Shown: in pieces, positions 62,259 to 64,000 of the stretch
Layout: each line of letters begins with the position of its first letter
Numbering within the stretch: the stretch's first letter is position 1
Source of the DNA: Basidiobolus meristosporus CBS 931.73
Lineage: Eukaryota > Fungi > Basidiobolomycota
Reading direction: 5' to 3'
Length of the DNA: 64,000 nucleotides
NCBI GenBank assembly: GCA_002104905.1
Contig: MCFE01000036.1
Location: 62,001 to 126,000 of the forward strand
Notes under the pieces: model-generated
What the model was told of the DNA's origin: nothing
Seen by the model: the letters and a program-made list of their open reading frames with translations, nothing else
Databases searched by the model: none
Program-made: the position numbers and the translations under genes

Positions 62259-64000
62259 ACCCAGATTATCAAGAATCTGAAGCAGCCCCATAGCATATCA
62301 GATCTCAGAACATTCCTTGGAATGGTTTCCTATTATTGGAGAATTGTCAAGCCCTTTGCAAGTATTGCAGCCCCTTTAAACTGATATCCTCAAGACAGAC
62401 AACACCTATAAGTGGGACATAGCTTGTGAGACTGTCTTTCAGATACCCAAGAATGAAGTTGCTAAACTACAAAGCTTAAGAATACCTGACTTCAGAAAAG
62501 AGTTTACTCTGTGCACGGATGCTTCAGATTATGCAATTGGTGGAGTGTTGAGCCAAGAACACAAGGGAAAGGACTACCCTGTTGCCTTTGAATCCAAGAA
62601 ACTGAACTCAGCAGAGCAAAACTATCCAGTCCACAAGAAGGAGATGCTTGCAATAATACACTGTTTGAAGACATGGAGATGCTATATTGAAGGAGTCAAA
62701 TGCACTGTGAAGACTAATCATGCCTCCCTCAAGTGTATATTTACTCAGAAGGCACTCTCCTGAAGAATGACAAGATGGAGTGAATACATTCAGCAATTTG
62801 ACTTAGAGATTGTCTACAGCCCTGGAAAAAACAACATGGTTGCTGATGCCTTATCAAGATTAGATCAAGTTGCACAACTCAACTTGGTGCATGAATCAGA
62901 TTGGCCTAGCCTATTACCAAAGTACTTGGAGGACCAAGCCATTCCTAATCAGGTGGATGAAGATATCAAGAAGATAATCCGGGATGAAGCCAGCAAATTT
63001 GTAGTACAGGATGAAACTCTCAACCAAATTATTGATGGAAGCCCTATTGCCTATTGCCCTTATGTTTTTTGCCTGGATTTAATACATACACTACACAATG
63101 GATATGGACATCTTGGGATTGAAGGAACCTATAGCCTTGTGAAAGCCAGAGCATGGTGGCTCAGAATGAAACAATATATTGAGAAGCTAGTGAAAACATG
63201 CCCAAGCTGCCAAATCAATCAAGGCCAGCCACAAAGAAATGCCAAACTCTTCCCTTTGAAGCCTGTAAGACCATTTGAGAGATGGGGAATTGACTTTATT
63301 GGAAGACTGCCAACCACCAGGAAATGCAACTGTTGGATCCTAGTAGCAATTGACCATGCCACTAAATGGCCAGTTGCTAAAGCTGTACCAATAGCCAGTG
63401 AATAAGAAGTTGCAAGTTTCATTTACCATGAGACTCTGATGAAGTTTAGATGCCCTGTGGAGATCCTATCTGATAGAGGAGCAAATTTTATGGCAAAGAC
63501 ATTGGAGGCTTACCTGGAAATGCAGCAGATTAAACACTTGAAAACCTTGGCATATCACCCCAGAACTAATGGAGTCACTGAACGCTTCAATGGATTATAT
63601 GGCAAAATACTGACCAAGTATGCAAATGGGGCTGTCAGTAGATGGGATGAGTATATAGATCAAGCACTTTTTGCCTGCAGAGTTAGAGTGCACAACACTA
63701 CCCAACAATCACCATTTTACTTAGTGTATGGATGTGAACCAAGGATTCCAGGAGATCCCACACAACCCAAGCTTACAGATGCCTTGGAAGGCAAACTTAG
63801 TCAGCCCAGTAGACACCAGCAATTGGAATAAAGACATCAAGAGGCACAGACCAAAGTATCTCAAAGTGCAGAGAAAATGAAGCAGAGATTTGATAAGACT
63901 ATAGCACCAGAAGCATTGACAGTTGGGAACTTTGTTCTACTAAGAAACAACACTCAGAAGAAGTTTGAGCCACAATGGACAGGATCATTCAAGATCATCA
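62259..64000 (+). pseudogene. Second Gypsy-D copy: RT end, RNase H and integrase, running off the window
   Basis: YPVAFESKKLN, KEMLAI, ADALSR, HNGYGHLG...CPSCQ, WGIDFIG, SDRG, TNGVTERFNG; 5' part absent and fused to the CACTA fragment. Confidence 0.9.

Noticed and set aside
2100-64000. Classical ascomycete RIP (CpA to TpA)
   Set aside because: A few TG-to-TA changes occur at LTR ends, but the clear pattern among copies is CpG loss and several stops arise by transversion. A context count would be needed.

Overview
Eukaryotic, almost certainly fungal DNA; short 54-73 nt introns and the gene type suggest an early-diverging lineage, which is an inference. Only one host gene is present: a CpG-rich, 8-exon BAR-SH3 (Mug137/endophilin-like) gene on the minus strand at 1-1650, running off the left edge. 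From about 2.1 kb to the right edge the window is a gene-free, CpG-depleted nest of transposable elements. It holds two Ty1/Copia families (A, B), both with half-tRNA-iMet primer sites, and two Ty3/Gypsy families with internal regions (C, D). Two further LTR families (B-LTR, F) appear only as solo or partial LTRs. A CACTA/EnSpm family has CCCTATG termini, and one decayed region resembles a DUF6589-type transposase. The most interesting component is a PHIS-superfamily (DDE_Tnp_4) DNA transposon with AGACTTGTTCC ends, 3-bp ATT target duplications (Pangu-like 5'-ANT-3') and a divergently transcribed, unrecognised ~382-aa second ORF, present in at least five copies or fragments of different ages. 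Most junctions could be resolved by target-site duplications, giving a nesting order. The copies also suggest progressive CpG loss with age and a possible ~37-kb LTR-mediated inversion. All identities and difference counts were read by eye; no database searches were run.
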